Assembly (NCBI GenBank): GCA_029936815.1
Contig: JAPYRX010000002.1
Coordinates: 109,669-173,668, forward strand
From: Dehalococcoidia bacterium
GTDB taxonomy: Bacteria > Chloroflexota > Dehalococcoidia > Lucifugimonadales > GCA-002694895
Reading direction: 5' to 3'
DNA length: 64,000 nt
Every line of letters starts with the position of its first letter. The first letter of the stretch is position 1. The position numbers and the translations under genes are program-made. The notes under the pieces are model-generated. The model was not told the DNA's origin, did no database searches, and saw nothing but the letters and a program-made list of their open reading frames with translations. Shown here piece by piece: positions 37,362 through 46,355 of the stretch.

Positions 37362-38288
37362 ATGGGGATAAACAAAATGGATTCAGTTTTCTTAAATAAT
37401 TTTTTAAAACAATCTCTAACTAACAATCTAAAAACAAAAGATCTATATCCCGAAACTATAAATGGACTTGATGTCAAAGCCTCATTTGGCATGGGGACTA
37501 CTACACATGTTCCATGGATTTCAATTCTTGGCCCTGGGATGTCAACAAGCAACGGTTACTACCCAGTATATCTTTACTATAAAAAAGAAAATATATTAAT
37601 CCTAGCATATGGCATTAGTGAAACAATTCCTTATGAAGAGCCATGGAATTTAGAAATCATTAGAAATAACTCAAAAATTTCAGACTTTTTAGATACCCCA
37701 TTTAGATACGGTGACTCTTATGTTTTCAAACACTATATACCTAAGATTACTAATAGCAAAATCAAATATTTTGTAGATGATAAAGAAATAAATGACCAAG
37801 TATTGATAGGTGACCTCAACTTACTAATAAATAAATATAAAGAATGTATGGATATTGATGTAAAAGATGAAAGTTCAAATATTAGTAAGGGTCTTTTTTA
37901 TATGGAACAACAACTAGAAGATTTTATTATTGAAAATTGGAACGAAACAGAATTTGGCAAGAAATATGATTTGATTGTTGAGGGTGGTGATTTATTAAGT
38001 CAACAATACAGAACAGATATTGGAACAATAGATATCTTAGTTAAAGATCAAAATACCGACGATTATGTAGTTATAGAATTAAAAAAAGACCAAACGAGTG
38101 ATGATACTATTGGGCAAATTTCAAGATACATGGGATGGGTTAAAGAAAATTTAAAAAATGATAATGTTAAAGGTGTAATAGTGTGCGGGAAATATGATGA
38201 AAAACTTGATTATGCTCTAAAGATACAAAACAACATAGAAGTTTTTCTTTACGAAGTAAACTTCAGTTTAAAAGAATATAAAAAATAA
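37362..38288 (+). CDS. McrB N-terminal (DUF3578) modified-cytosine reader fused to NucS/EndoMS-like PD-(D/E)XK endonuclease
   Basis: VKASFGMG...VPW...SNGYYPVYLYYK...LILAYGISET...RYGDSY closely parallels E. coli McrB-N; C-terminal EQQLEDFI...IDIL...VIELKK...GQISRY. Confidence 0.85.
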   Translation: MGINKMDSVFLNNFLKQSLTNNLKTKDLYPETINGLDVKASFGMGTTTHVPWISILGPGMSTSNGYYPVYLYYKKENILILAYGISETIPYEEPWNLEIIRNNSKISDFLDTPFRYGDSYVFKHYIPKITNSKIKYFVDDKEINDQVLIGDLNLLINKYKECMDIDVKDESSNISKGLFYMEQQLEDFIIENWNETEFGKKYDLIVEGGDLLSQQYRTDIGTIDILVKDQNTDDYVVIELKKDQTSDDTIGQISRYMGWVKENLKNDNVKGVIVCGKYDEKLDYALKIQNNIEVFLYEVNFSLKEYKK

Positions 38289-38308
38289 TTAGTCATGGCA
38301 TAGTTATA

Positions 38309-38407
38309 TCACAATCTGATCATTGATTTCTTCTGGTTTTCTTTTTGATTATTTTTGGGTTGTAAAATGTTTTCTTTGCTTAATACTTGTTTAGATCTAT
38401 ATGGCAT
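38309..38407 (-). pseudogene. Possible truncated 5' stub of a gene formerly downstream of the RraA-like gene
   Basis: ATG 1 nt after the RraA stop with AAGGA upstream; 32-aa MPYRSKQVLSKENILQPK... Confidence 0.25.
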
Positions 38408-38408
38408 A

Positions 38409-39149
38409 TTAATTTCCTTTATTTAATTTTTTAAAAAACTCTTTATTATAAAATTTACCAGAAGAAATATTTTCTTCAATTGATTTTTTCTTAATGATTT
38501 CTTCATGCACACTATGTTGCTCAGCCCAAGATAAAACATCTAGAATAATAAAATTGGGAACAACTACAACACCTTCGTCGTCACCAATTATTAAATCTTC
38601 AGGTTGAACTAACACTTCACCACAGGCTATTACCTTATTATATTCATATGGATACACATCTGGGATTCCTACTGATGCTGTTCTTCCTGCAGAAAATATT
38701 TTGAAACCGTATTTACTGACTTCATTTAAATCTCGAATTGCTCCATCAGTTACGACACCTTCGGCATTTCTGATGTGTAAATTTAAAAATTTTACATCAC
38801 CACCAACACTTGCGTGATTTAATCTCATAGCATCAATAACTAGAACATTATCTTGAGTACATTCACTCATAACTTTGAATTCTGCAGATTGTTCGTGCTT
38901 AGGTAATTTGTCTATTAGGTCTACTCTAGGTGGTAACATTCGCAAAGTTTTTGCATACCCTACTAATTTTTTTCCTTTAGTTTGGTTAATCACATTTTTC
39001 ATATATATTTTTTCATAACCTGTATCAGTGTTATATTCTTTCAATGCTTTATCAATTAATATTGCCCTCACTCCACTAAAAACCGTAGCAGCATCAAGGT
39101 TTCTATATCTTTCAATTATTTCTTTTTTATTCATCATAATAAACTCCAT
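38409..39149 (-). CDS. RraA-like / HMG-CHA aldolase family protein
   Basis: LVGYAKT, VLVIDA, GGD, GVVTDGAIRD, VQPEDLIIGDDEGVVVVP. Confidence 0.85.
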   Translation of the reverse strand: MEFIMMNKKEIIERYRNLDAATVFSGVRAILIDKALKEYNTDTGYEKIYMKNVINQTKGKKLVGYAKTLRMLPPRVDLIDKLPKHEQSAEFKVMSECTQDNVLVIDAMRLNHASVGGDVKFLNLHIRNAEGVVTDGAIRDLNEVSKYGFKIFSAGRTASVGIPDVYPYEYNKVIACGEVLVQPEDLIIGDDEGVVVVPNFIILDVLSWAEQHSVHEEIIKKKSIEENISSGKFYNKEFFKKLNKGN

Positions 39150-39172
39150 AAATTATTATTGTTGAAAATATA

Positions 39173-39337
39173 ATAAGCCTTTTTAAAAAAAAAGTTTGTC
39201 ACGCATATGTACCACCTACAACCACAACACCTAAGCCATACCCCCTATCAACTAACAATCAACAGCACTACCAACAACAACAACTATCACACTAGGAGCA
39301 CCACCACCAAGACCACCCTTACAAGCAAAGCTCGTGC
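39173..39337 (+). repeat. ~165-bp imperfect direct repeat, copy 2
   Basis: See copy 1 at 36055-36229. Confidence 0.93.
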
Positions 39338-39466
39338 GAAAATTCAGGGATAACTTTCCGAAGATATGACATATAAATAAATAATAACCTATAAAGCCAA
39401 TCGGCTTGAGCTATGGGATATGCTAGAATAATCTTTCAAATAGTAAATCATGGCAGTATTTGAACT

Positions 39467-39491
39467 TTATAGTGGGAATTATAGTGGGAAT
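39467..39491 (+). repeat. Tandem 12-bp direct repeat (integrase arm-site-like)
   Basis: TTATAGTGGGAA-TTATAGTGGGAA-T, about 45 bp upstream of tRNA-Trp. Confidence 0.7.
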
Positions 39492-39535
39492 ATCACTAAG
39501 TATTCTAATTAATATTCTTGATCTATGAAGTACGA

Positions 39536-39611
39536 AGGAGCGTAGCTCAGTTGGTAGAGCATTGGTCTCCAAAACCAAGGGTCAGGGGTTCGAACCCTCT
39601 CGCTCCTGCCA
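39536..39611 (+). tRNA. trnW: tRNA-Trp(CCA)
   Basis: AGGAGCG/CGCTCCT acceptor stem, TTGGT-CTCCAAA-ACCAA anticodon arm, GTTCGAA T-loop, encoded CCA. Confidence 0.97.
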
Positions 39612-40250
39612 TGATTTCACTAGTACACACATATCCTCTTTACTGGTGTTTAATTCATTGATAATTTTATTTTCTGTAAGAATTTCAATTAGGTTACAAA
39701 CCGGAAGACCTATTATATTTAATTTACACCCAATGAATTTTTTGACAGGAGAATTCTTTTCGTCTTGGATAGCGTAAGCTCCTGCTTTATCTAATACATT
39801 ATTATTATTTATATAATTTATTATTTGAGATTTATTCCAATTTTTGAATTTTACGTCAGATATTTTTGTCATACTTGAAACAGATTTATTTTTCATATTA
39901 AATATAGATATCGTCGTAATGACTGAATGATTGTTATTATTTAATTCCAAGAGTATTTTTGATGCTTCTTTGCTATCGTTTGGTTTACCAAATATTTTGT
40001 TTTCTTGGCATACGATAGTATCTGCTGCTATTACAAATTCATTGATTTTATTGTTATTGTTAATCGCTTTAAATTCACTAGTTCTGATTGAATATTCTAT
40101 TGGAGATTCATTTATTAAGGGTATTGGTTCTTCGTCGATAGCATCTAAAAGATTAAATGATAATCCTAATGATTTAATTATTTCGATTCTTCTTGAAGAT
40201 TTAGATGCCAATCCAAATATAATATTTTGGTTGATGTGTATATTATTCAT
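39582..40250 (-). CDS. maf: Maf-family nucleoside triphosphate pyrophosphatase
   Basis: LASKSSRR, IAADTIV, FGKP, LDKAGAYAIQ, NIIGLP. Confidence 0.9.
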   Translation of the reverse strand: MNNIHINQNIIFGLASKSSRRIEIIKSLGLSFNLLDAIDEEPIPLINESPIEYSIRTSEFKAINNNNKINEFVIAADTIVCQENKIFGKPNDSKEASKILLELNNNNHSVITTISIFNMKNKSVSSMTKISDVKFKNWNKSQIINYINNNNVLDKAGAYAIQDEKNSPVKKFIGCKLNIIGLPVCNLIEILTENKIINELNTSKEDMCVLVKSWQEREGSNP

Positions 40251-40298
40251 TATGTAATTATTATATTATTTTAATTATTATATTGAAAATATTTTAAA

Positions 40299-41150
40299 AT
40301 GAATGATCCTTTGTACGAACAAATAACAAAACTTCCTTTTGAGTATATTAATGCAAAATTAAAAGATTTTTTACTTGAAGATTCTCCGCATGGAGATCCC
40401 ACTTCAAATTTAACAGTAGGAAAATCAAAAATCACAACTGCTTTTTTAGTCGGTGAAGATCCTGCGATATTTTGTGGTGCCCAGATAATACAGGCTTTGA
40501 ATAAAGACTTTGAAGTTGAATTATTATGTAGCGACGGAGACCCTATAGTTTCTAATCAAAAAATTGCGGTTATCAAAGGAAATGCTAGGAAATTATTAAG
40601 ATATGAACGAATTTTACTTAATTTATTACAAAGATTAACAGGGATTTCCACATTAACTAAGAAATACACTGATATTGTAAAAAATAGTGGAATTAGAATT
40701 CTAGATACTCGTAAAACCACTCCTGGATTAAGATTATTTGAAAAATATGCTGTCACAATTGGAGGTGGATATAATCATAGACTGAATTTGTCTGAAGGAT
40801 TGCTAATCAAAGATAATCATTGGGTAGCTTCATCTGATAATTTTTACAAAATAATAAAAGAATATAATCTTAAATATCCAATACAAGTTGAAGTAGATAT
40901 AAAAGATCAATTAATTAATTTACTTGAATATGAAATAGATGCGATTTTATTAGACAATATGAATCCTGCTTACGCTAGGGATTGCGTACAGACCATTAGG
41001 AATATTAATCAAAAAGTATTTATTGAAATTTCTGGAGGAGTTACAATAGATAATTTGAAGGATTATATTATCGAAGGAGTAGACGGAATATCTTCAGGAG
41101 CATTAATGCATCAAGCTCAAAATAAAAAAATTAAATTAGAATTTGAATAA
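40299..41150 (+). CDS. nadC: Quinolinate phosphoribosyltransferase
   Basis: ERILLN, DTRKTTPGLR, NHR..L, LIKDNH, EVD, LLDN, EISGG. Confidence 0.95.
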   Translation: MNDPLYEQITKLPFEYINAKLKDFLLEDSPHGDPTSNLTVGKSKITTAFLVGEDPAIFCGAQIIQALNKDFEVELLCSDGDPIVSNQKIAVIKGNARKLLRYERILLNLLQRLTGISTLTKKYTDIVKNSGIRILDTRKTTPGLRLFEKYAVTIGGGYNHRLNLSEGLLIKDNHWVASSDNFYKIIKEYNLKYPIQVEVDIKDQLINLLEYEIDAILLDNMNPAYARDCVQTIRNINQKVFIEISGGVTIDNLKDYIIEGVDGISSGALMHQAQNKKIKLEFE

Positions 41151-41163
41151 TTATAATAAATTC

Positions 41164-41499
41164 AGGCGATCTATAAGCCGAGTTCTGTAGTGTAAAACAC
41201 TGACAACTATCTATCTAGACTTGCTGTCACCAGCAAGTTCAAGCGACCTACCCAAAGTACTTGGATATGAGAGATCCGTTTCCTTTCTATATGGTCTTTC
41301 ACCAGGTGGGGTTTACCATGCCTTTAATGTTACCATCAAAGCGGTGAGCTCTTACCTCGCCTTTTCACCCTTACTATAAATAGCGGTATATTTTCTGTGG
41401 CACTTTCCTTCAGGTTGCCCTGACCAGCCGTTAACTGGCACCATCCTCATAGGTGCTCGGACTTTCCTCTATAATTAAATAGCAGTTGTCTAATCGCCT
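41164..41499 (-). ncRNA. rnpB: RNase P RNA (bacterial)
   Basis: Minus strand GAGGAAAGTCCG, AGTGCCACAGAAA and ACAGAACTCGGCTTAT conserved elements; terminal AGGCGAT/ATCGCCT P1 helix. Confidence 0.95.
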
Positions 41500-41596
41500 A
41501 AATTTATTAAGTCTATTATAATTGACTTAATAAAATAATTGAATCGATTTAGTTTATAATATAAATATAAATATTAATTGAAAATAGAAAAATTTT

Positions 41597-41965
41597 ATGC
41601 TCAACAAACCATTAGCTCAAAGAGACAAATCAGGTTCGCTGACAATTACTATAACATCAGATGCAGTAACACATATTAGGCAGTTCGGCAAAGTAGATGG
41701 TAAAGAGAAAGCCAATTTAAGAGTTGCAGTTAAAGGGGGAGGATGTTCTGGATTGACTTATGTCTTGGAATTAGCTGATCAACCAAACGAAAATGAAAAA
41801 GTGATAAATGAAAACGGATTAGAATTATACGTTGATAAGAAGTCATATATATTTTTGGCAGGTACAACCTTGGAATATCACGGTGGGTTAAATGGAAAAG
41901 GATTTGTATTTAATAATCCTAATGCCAAAACTACATGTGGCTGCGGAACTTCTTTTTCGGTATAG
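41597..41965 (+). CDS. A-type Fe-S carrier (IscA/SufA/ErpA, HesB family)
   Basis: GGGCSG and CGCGTSF. Confidence 0.93.
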   Translation: MLNKPLAQRDKSGSLTITITSDAVTHIRQFGKVDGKEKANLRVAVKGGGCSGLTYVLELADQPNENEKVINENGLELYVDKKSYIFLAGTTLEYHGGLNGKGFVFNNPNAKTTCGCGTSFSV

Positions 41966-41967
41966 AT

Positions 41968-42909
41968 ATGAATGAATCAAACATCTTAAATAAAGTTAAT
42001 TTACACTATTTAAATCACTACTCTTACGTATCTATAAAAGGTGATGATGCAATGGGCCTATTAGACAGACTTACAACTAATGATCTGAGTTCATTGAAAC
42101 CTATGGAACACATATATACAATCCTTACTTCCACTAAAGGTAAAATGATTGATTTACTAAGTGTTTTGAAATTGGAAGATCAAATTATATTGGGCTGTTC
42201 TAAGGATGCTTTGAAAACAATTTTAGAATGGATTGATTTTTATACTTTTGGAGAAGAAATTGAAATTGTTATTGATCAAAAAAATTATGAATCTAGCTTG
42301 ATGGTATTTGGAGATAATGCAGTTGAATTATTTAATAAGACCTTTGATTTAGATATGTCATTAATTGAAGGTAAGTCAATGTATGTTGCTTTTAATTCGA
42401 ATTCTGACGGTAGATCTAAGATTTTAATAATTAATAAAAAATATTATCATGCAGATCATTATGAAATTTATAGTACTACATCAATTTTAGTACAATTAAT
42501 TCAACTTTTTTCAAAAAAGGAAGATTTTGATATTAATTTAATGAATGATAAGGAATTTAATGATTATAGAATTTCTAATAATATCCCCGTATATCCTTCT
42601 GAAATTAATGAAAGTTATAATCCTTTAGAAGCAGGGTTGAAAAAATATATTAGTTTTAATAAGGGATGTTACGTTGGACAAGAGGTAATTACCAGATTAG
42701 ATAGTTATGCTAAAGTACAAAATAAATTGGTATTAATAAAAACAGATAATGAAATCGAAACAGATTTAACATTTAATGATGTTAAAATTGGGCAAATCAC
42801 TTCGCATACATCAGAGAATTATTTTAACGGAGTTTATAAATTAGCTTATGTTAAGAAGAAATTTTTAAATGATAACTACGATTCATTTGAAATTCAAAAT
42901 ATAGAATAA
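41968..42909 (+). CDS. ygfZ: YgfZ/GcvT-like folate-binding Fe-S maturation protein
   Basis: KGCYVGQE signature; start reassigned to ATG 41968. Confidence 0.88.
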   Translation: MNESNILNKVNLHYLNHYSYVSIKGDDAMGLLDRLTTNDLSSLKPMEHIYTILTSTKGKMIDLLSVLKLEDQIILGCSKDALKTILEWIDFYTFGEEIEIVIDQKNYESSLMVFGDNAVELFNKTFDLDMSLIEGKSMYVAFNSNSDGRSKILIINKKYYHADHYEIYSTTSILVQLIQLFSKKEDFDINLMNDKEFNDYRISNNIPVYPSEINESYNPLEAGLKKYISFNKGCYVGQEVITRLDSYAKVQNKLVLIKTDNEIETDLTFNDVKIGQITSHTSENYFNGVYKLAYVKKKFLNDNYDSFEIQNIE

Positions 42910-42917
42910 TAACTTTT

Positions 42918-43667
42918 TTAATTTACCAGGCTATAGCCTCCATCTAATATTATAGTTTGCCCTCTTATCATTTCAGATTTGCTACTGCATAAAAATAATA
43001 CTAAATTAGATATGTCTGTTTTATCTATTGATCTACGAGACGGATTGTTTTCTTTTTCAGACATCATATCAGATTTATTAGGAAAACTATTTAGTGCATC
43101 TGTGTGTACTATCCCTGCTGAAATTGCATTAACATTAATTTTCTTTTCTGCTAATTCAACTGCAAGATATTTTGTTATAGTTTCTAAGGCTGCCTTAGAT
43201 GTTCCAACGGAAAAATAATTTGGGAGTACTTTTTGTGATCCTAGACTTGAAATATTTACTATTGCTCCCCCACTAATCATTAAACTTGAAGATTCGATGG
43301 ATAATAACCACGGTGCTTTTGCATTTATGTTATGCGTCCAATCCCAATGTTTTATTTTTAACTCAGATGCTTTTTTATGAACTCCGGATGCTGCATTATT
43401 TATTAAGAAGTCTATAGATTTATATTTGGATTTTATTTGAGAGAAAAAGTTGGATATCTGAGACGGGTCATTTAAATTACATTTTATTGCTTCACATTTA
43501 ACATCAAATTGTAATATTTCATCCATTGTTTCTTTGGCTTCTTGATGATGGCGAGCGTAGTTGAAAATAACATTTGCCCCTAATTTTGCAAATTCAAGGC
43601 AAATAGTTTTTCCAATTCCTCTACTCCCTCCTGTGATAATTGCTGTTTTGTTTTTGAATTCTTTCAT
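42918..43667 (-). CDS. fabL: Enoyl-ACP reductase FabL-like SDR
   Basis: TGGSRGIG, NNAASGV, ISSLGS, Y-x6-K (YFSVGTSK), YLAVELA. Confidence 0.8.
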   Translation of the reverse strand: MKEFKNKTAIITGGSRGIGKTICLEFAKLGANVIFNYARHHQEAKETMDEILQFDVKCEAIKCNLNDPSQISNFFSQIKSKYKSIDFLINNAASGVHKKASELKIKHWDWTHNINAKAPWLLSIESSSLMISGGAIVNISSLGSQKVLPNYFSVGTSKAALETITKYLAVELAEKKINVNAISAGIVHTDALNSFPNKSDMMSEKENNPSRRSIDKTDISNLVLFLCSSKSEMIRGQTIILDGGYSLVN

Positions 43668-43701
43668 ATACTCTCCTGAATTTCACGGTTGTAAGAATTA
43701 G

Positions 43702-44463
43702 TTATATTGCCATTCCCCCATCAACACTAATTACTTGTCCTGTCATATACTTTGCTTTTTCTGAACATATAAATCCAGCGAGATATGCTATGTCTTCTAC
43801 TTCTCCAAAATGACCTTGAGGAATCCAATTCATTATATTATCTTTTTGTTCTTGTTTTAAAACATCAACAGTTTCAGTGTTAATATATCCCGGAGTAATA
43901 GTATTGACTGTAATATTTCTTTTTGCTACTTCTTTTGCTAGTGATTTGGTGAATCCAATCATACCAGCTTTAGAAGCAGAATAGTTTACTTGCCCAATAT
44001 TTCCTCTGATTCCGACTACTGAACCTATATTTAATATTCTACCCCATTTATTTTTCAGCATAGATTTTAAAGCTGGTTTGGAACAGTAAAAAACACTATC
44101 TAAGTTAGTTCGTAATACTTTTTCCCACGCATCATCATTCATTCTTATCAATAAACTGTCGTCTATGATTCCGGCATTATTTACAAGAATATCTAGTGAT
44201 CCATATAATTCAATAGTTTTGCTAACAATATTATTACAATCATCTTTTTTACTTACATCCCCTTTTATTATTTCAGCTTTCACGCCGTGATCTTTAATTA
44301 ATTCAAGGCGTAAATCTTCTGCTTCTGCCTGTGATTTATTGTAGTTGATAACTATATTTATCCCTTGTTTAGCTAATTCTATAGCAATTGCTCTCCCAAT
44401 CCCTTTGGATGACCCCGTTATTAGCGAATTTTTATTGTTGATATTATTCATTTTCTTGCTCAA
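43702..44463 (-). CDS. fabG: 3-oxoacyl-ACP reductase
   Basis: TGSSKGIG, LVNNAGI, GNIGQVNYSASKAG, VDGGM. Confidence 0.92.
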   Translation of the reverse strand: MSKKMNNINNKNSLITGSSKGIGRAIAIELAKQGINIVINYNKSQAEAEDLRLELIKDHGVKAEIIKGDVSKKDDCNNIVSKTIELYGSLDILVNNAGIIDDSLLIRMNDDAWEKVLRTNLDSVFYCSKPALKSMLKNKWGRILNIGSVVGIRGNIGQVNYSASKAGMIGFTKSLAKEVAKRNITVNTITPGYINTETVDVLKQEQKDNIMNWIPQGHFGEVEDIAYLAGFICSEKAKYMTGQVISVDGGMAI

Positions 44464-45481
44464 TAGATAATTCGTTTATTTGTGTATTCATTTCTTCAAT
44501 CATATTATTTTTAATCCATACAATTACACTGTTTATTGCTTTTCGCACTGCTGTATGATCTGCTTTTCCATGCCCAATCCCAACTATACCATTAACTCCG
44601 AATAACGGAGCTGCTCCAACGGATTCTCCAACATTTAAATAATTAAGTGCTTTTGTAGATATTTCGTTTTTTACATTTTCATTAACATATGGGCTTATCT
44701 GTTCGGAGATAAAATTATTCATTAAATGACCAGTAGATTCTAAAATTTTTAAAATAATATTCCCTACAAATCCATCACATATAACGACTTCAGCTTTATC
44801 ATAAAAAAGATCATCAGGTTCTAAATTTCCGATAAAATTTAATTTTGTATTTTTAATCAATTCATAAGTGTCTTTGGTCAGTTTATTTCCCTTACCTTCT
44901 TCGCTACCTACGTTTAGTAATCCAATTCTAGGAGATTCTATGCCAAAAGTATGTTTTGAATAAATTGATCCAAGAGCGGCAAATGTAACTAGTTGAGATG
45001 GTTTGCAGTCTACATTTGCTCCGATATCTAAGATTACTGTGTTTGGAGAACTACCTATAATTGGTCCTCCTACAGTTGGTCTTTCAACTCCTTTTATCAT
45101 GCCTAGTGTAAGAGCAGTAGCAGCCATTGTTGCTCCAGTAGAACCCATAGATAGTAGCCCGTTGGCATTTTTATTTTTCACTAAAAAAGAAGATATTGCA
45201 ATTGAAGATTTAGGTTTCTTTTTAAACGCCATTATGGGCTGTTCTCCATCTTCGATCACTCCTTCGGAAGGTACAATAGAAATTCTATTTGATTCGACAA
45301 ATTCTAAAGCATTAGGCCCTAGCAGGCTTAAAGAATTTTTAATTTGCTCTTCATCTCCTACTAATAAAACACTTAAATTAGGATGTGAATTAACTGAAAT
45401 CGCTGCACCTTTTACTATTTCGTAAGGAGCGTTATCTCCGCCCATTACGTCTATTGCTATTGTTATATTTTTTTCATCCAA
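44444..45481 (-). CDS. plsX: Phosphate acyltransferase
   Basis: IDVMGGDNAP, LDIGANVD, NVGSEEGKGN, CDGFVGN, HG. Confidence 0.95.
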   Translation of the reverse strand: MDEKNITIAIDVMGGDNAPYEIVKGAAISVNSHPNLSVLLVGDEEQIKNSLSLLGPNALEFVESNRISIVPSEGVIEDGEQPIMAFKKKPKSSIAISSFLVKNKNANGLLSMGSTGATMAATALTLGMIKGVERPTVGGPIIGSSPNTVILDIGANVDCKPSQLVTFAALGSIYSKHTFGIESPRIGLLNVGSEEGKGNKLTKDTYELIKNTKLNFIGNLEPDDLFYDKAEVVICDGFVGNIILKILESTGHLMNNFISEQISPYVNENVKNEISTKALNYLNVGESVGAAPLFGVNGIVGIGHGKADHTAVRKAINSVIVWIKNNMIEEMNTQINELSIEQENE

Positions 45482-45527
45482 TGTATTTTTCTTTTCTCTT
45501 TAAAATAGTTAATAATAGGATCATATA

Positions 45528-45938
45528 TTAAAATTTAATTCTCGCGTAGCCTTTTATAGCTTCTGTTCCGTCATTTTTAGTAATTGAAACATTTAATTTA
45601 ATAATATTATTTTCAGAGTTTACTACTTCTCCATAAGTTTCTATTGTTTCATCCATATATATAGGAGATTTAAATTTTATGTCTATAGAACCACTTGTTA
45701 GCCATGTATCGCCATATTCATTGAATAGCATTTCTCCTAAAAATGCACCTATCATCATTCCATGAGCTATAGTTTTTTTAAACAGAGTTTTTTTAGCGAA
45801 TTCACTATTGATGTGAATAGGGTTTTTGTCCCCGCTAGAATAAGCATAATTTATTACTTTGTCTTGAGTAATGGTCATTGCTTGTGATTTTAATTTGTAT
45901 CCTTTTTGATATTTATTCATGATATTAAGAGGTTGCAC
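45528..45938 (-). CDS. MaoC-like (R)-specific hydratase/dehydratase, catalytic-type subunit
   Basis: SGDKNPIH...IAHGM hydratase-2 motif. Confidence 0.85.
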   Translation of the reverse strand: MQPLNIMNKYQKGYKLKSQAMTITQDKVINYAYSSGDKNPIHINSEFAKKTLFKKTIAHGMMIGAFLGEMLFNEYGDTWLTSGSIDIKFKSPIYMDETIETYGEVVNSENNIIKLNVSITKNDGTEAIKGYARIKF

Positions 45939-46300
45939 ATTGATTCGTGCAGTATGGTTTTTTTATTATTGGTAATTTCGATTTTTATACTGATTAATCT
46001 CTTTCCAGCTTTTATTGTGTTTTTATTTATTTTAGCGAATGCATGAACTATAGAATTTTGTTTTATTGGTTTTGAGAAGGATATTTTTTGGGACAAATGA
46101 ATTGTTCCGTCAGGTAATGAATATTTATTAAAAATTTCACCGAAAATAATTGCTGTAGGGAAAAATATAGGATTATAAATTGTTATGTCAGAATTTGAAG
46201 AGCTATTTATACTTCCCATGTATTGTGCCAATATATCTCTTGATAGCATGATATTTGTATCAATTAATGGCATGTTTATATCTAATTCGCTTAATTTCAT
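45917..46300 (-). CDS. Hot-dog-fold (MaoC N-terminal/HadA-like) partner protein
   Basis: PTA...LPDGTIHLSQKISFSKPI; overlaps the adjacent MaoC gene. Confidence 0.6.
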   Translation of the reverse strand: MKLSELDINMPLIDTNIMLSRDILAQYMGSINSSSNSDITIYNPIFFPTAIIFGEIFNKYSLPDGTIHLSQKISFSKPIKQNSIVHAFAKINKNTIKAGKRLISIKIEITNNKKTILHESMCNLLIS

Positions 46301-46355
46301 TTATTGTATATAATTTAAAATATAATAAATTATATATTATTTTTAGTTTCATTTT

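Larger units (their letters stand above)
34500..39530. mobile_element. Putative accessory island adjacent to the 5' side of tRNA-Trp (no integrase gene visible; boundaries approximate)
   Basis: Cargo-type genes, ~170-bp direct repeats, tandem 12-bp repeat next to the tRNA. Confidence 0.45.

Noticed and set aside
36055-39337. Direct repeats as a diversity-generating retroelement TR/VR pair
   Set aside because: Differences include indels and changes at C and G, not only A; neither copy lies in a credible CDS; no reverse transcriptase in the window
36055-39491. CRISPR array
   Set aside because: Only two long copies about 3 kb apart and one 12-bp tandem; no repeat-spacer periodicity and no cas genes
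39562-39777. 71-aa ORF starting inside tRNA-Trp
   Set aside because: Overlaps the tRNA and is antisense to maf; spurious
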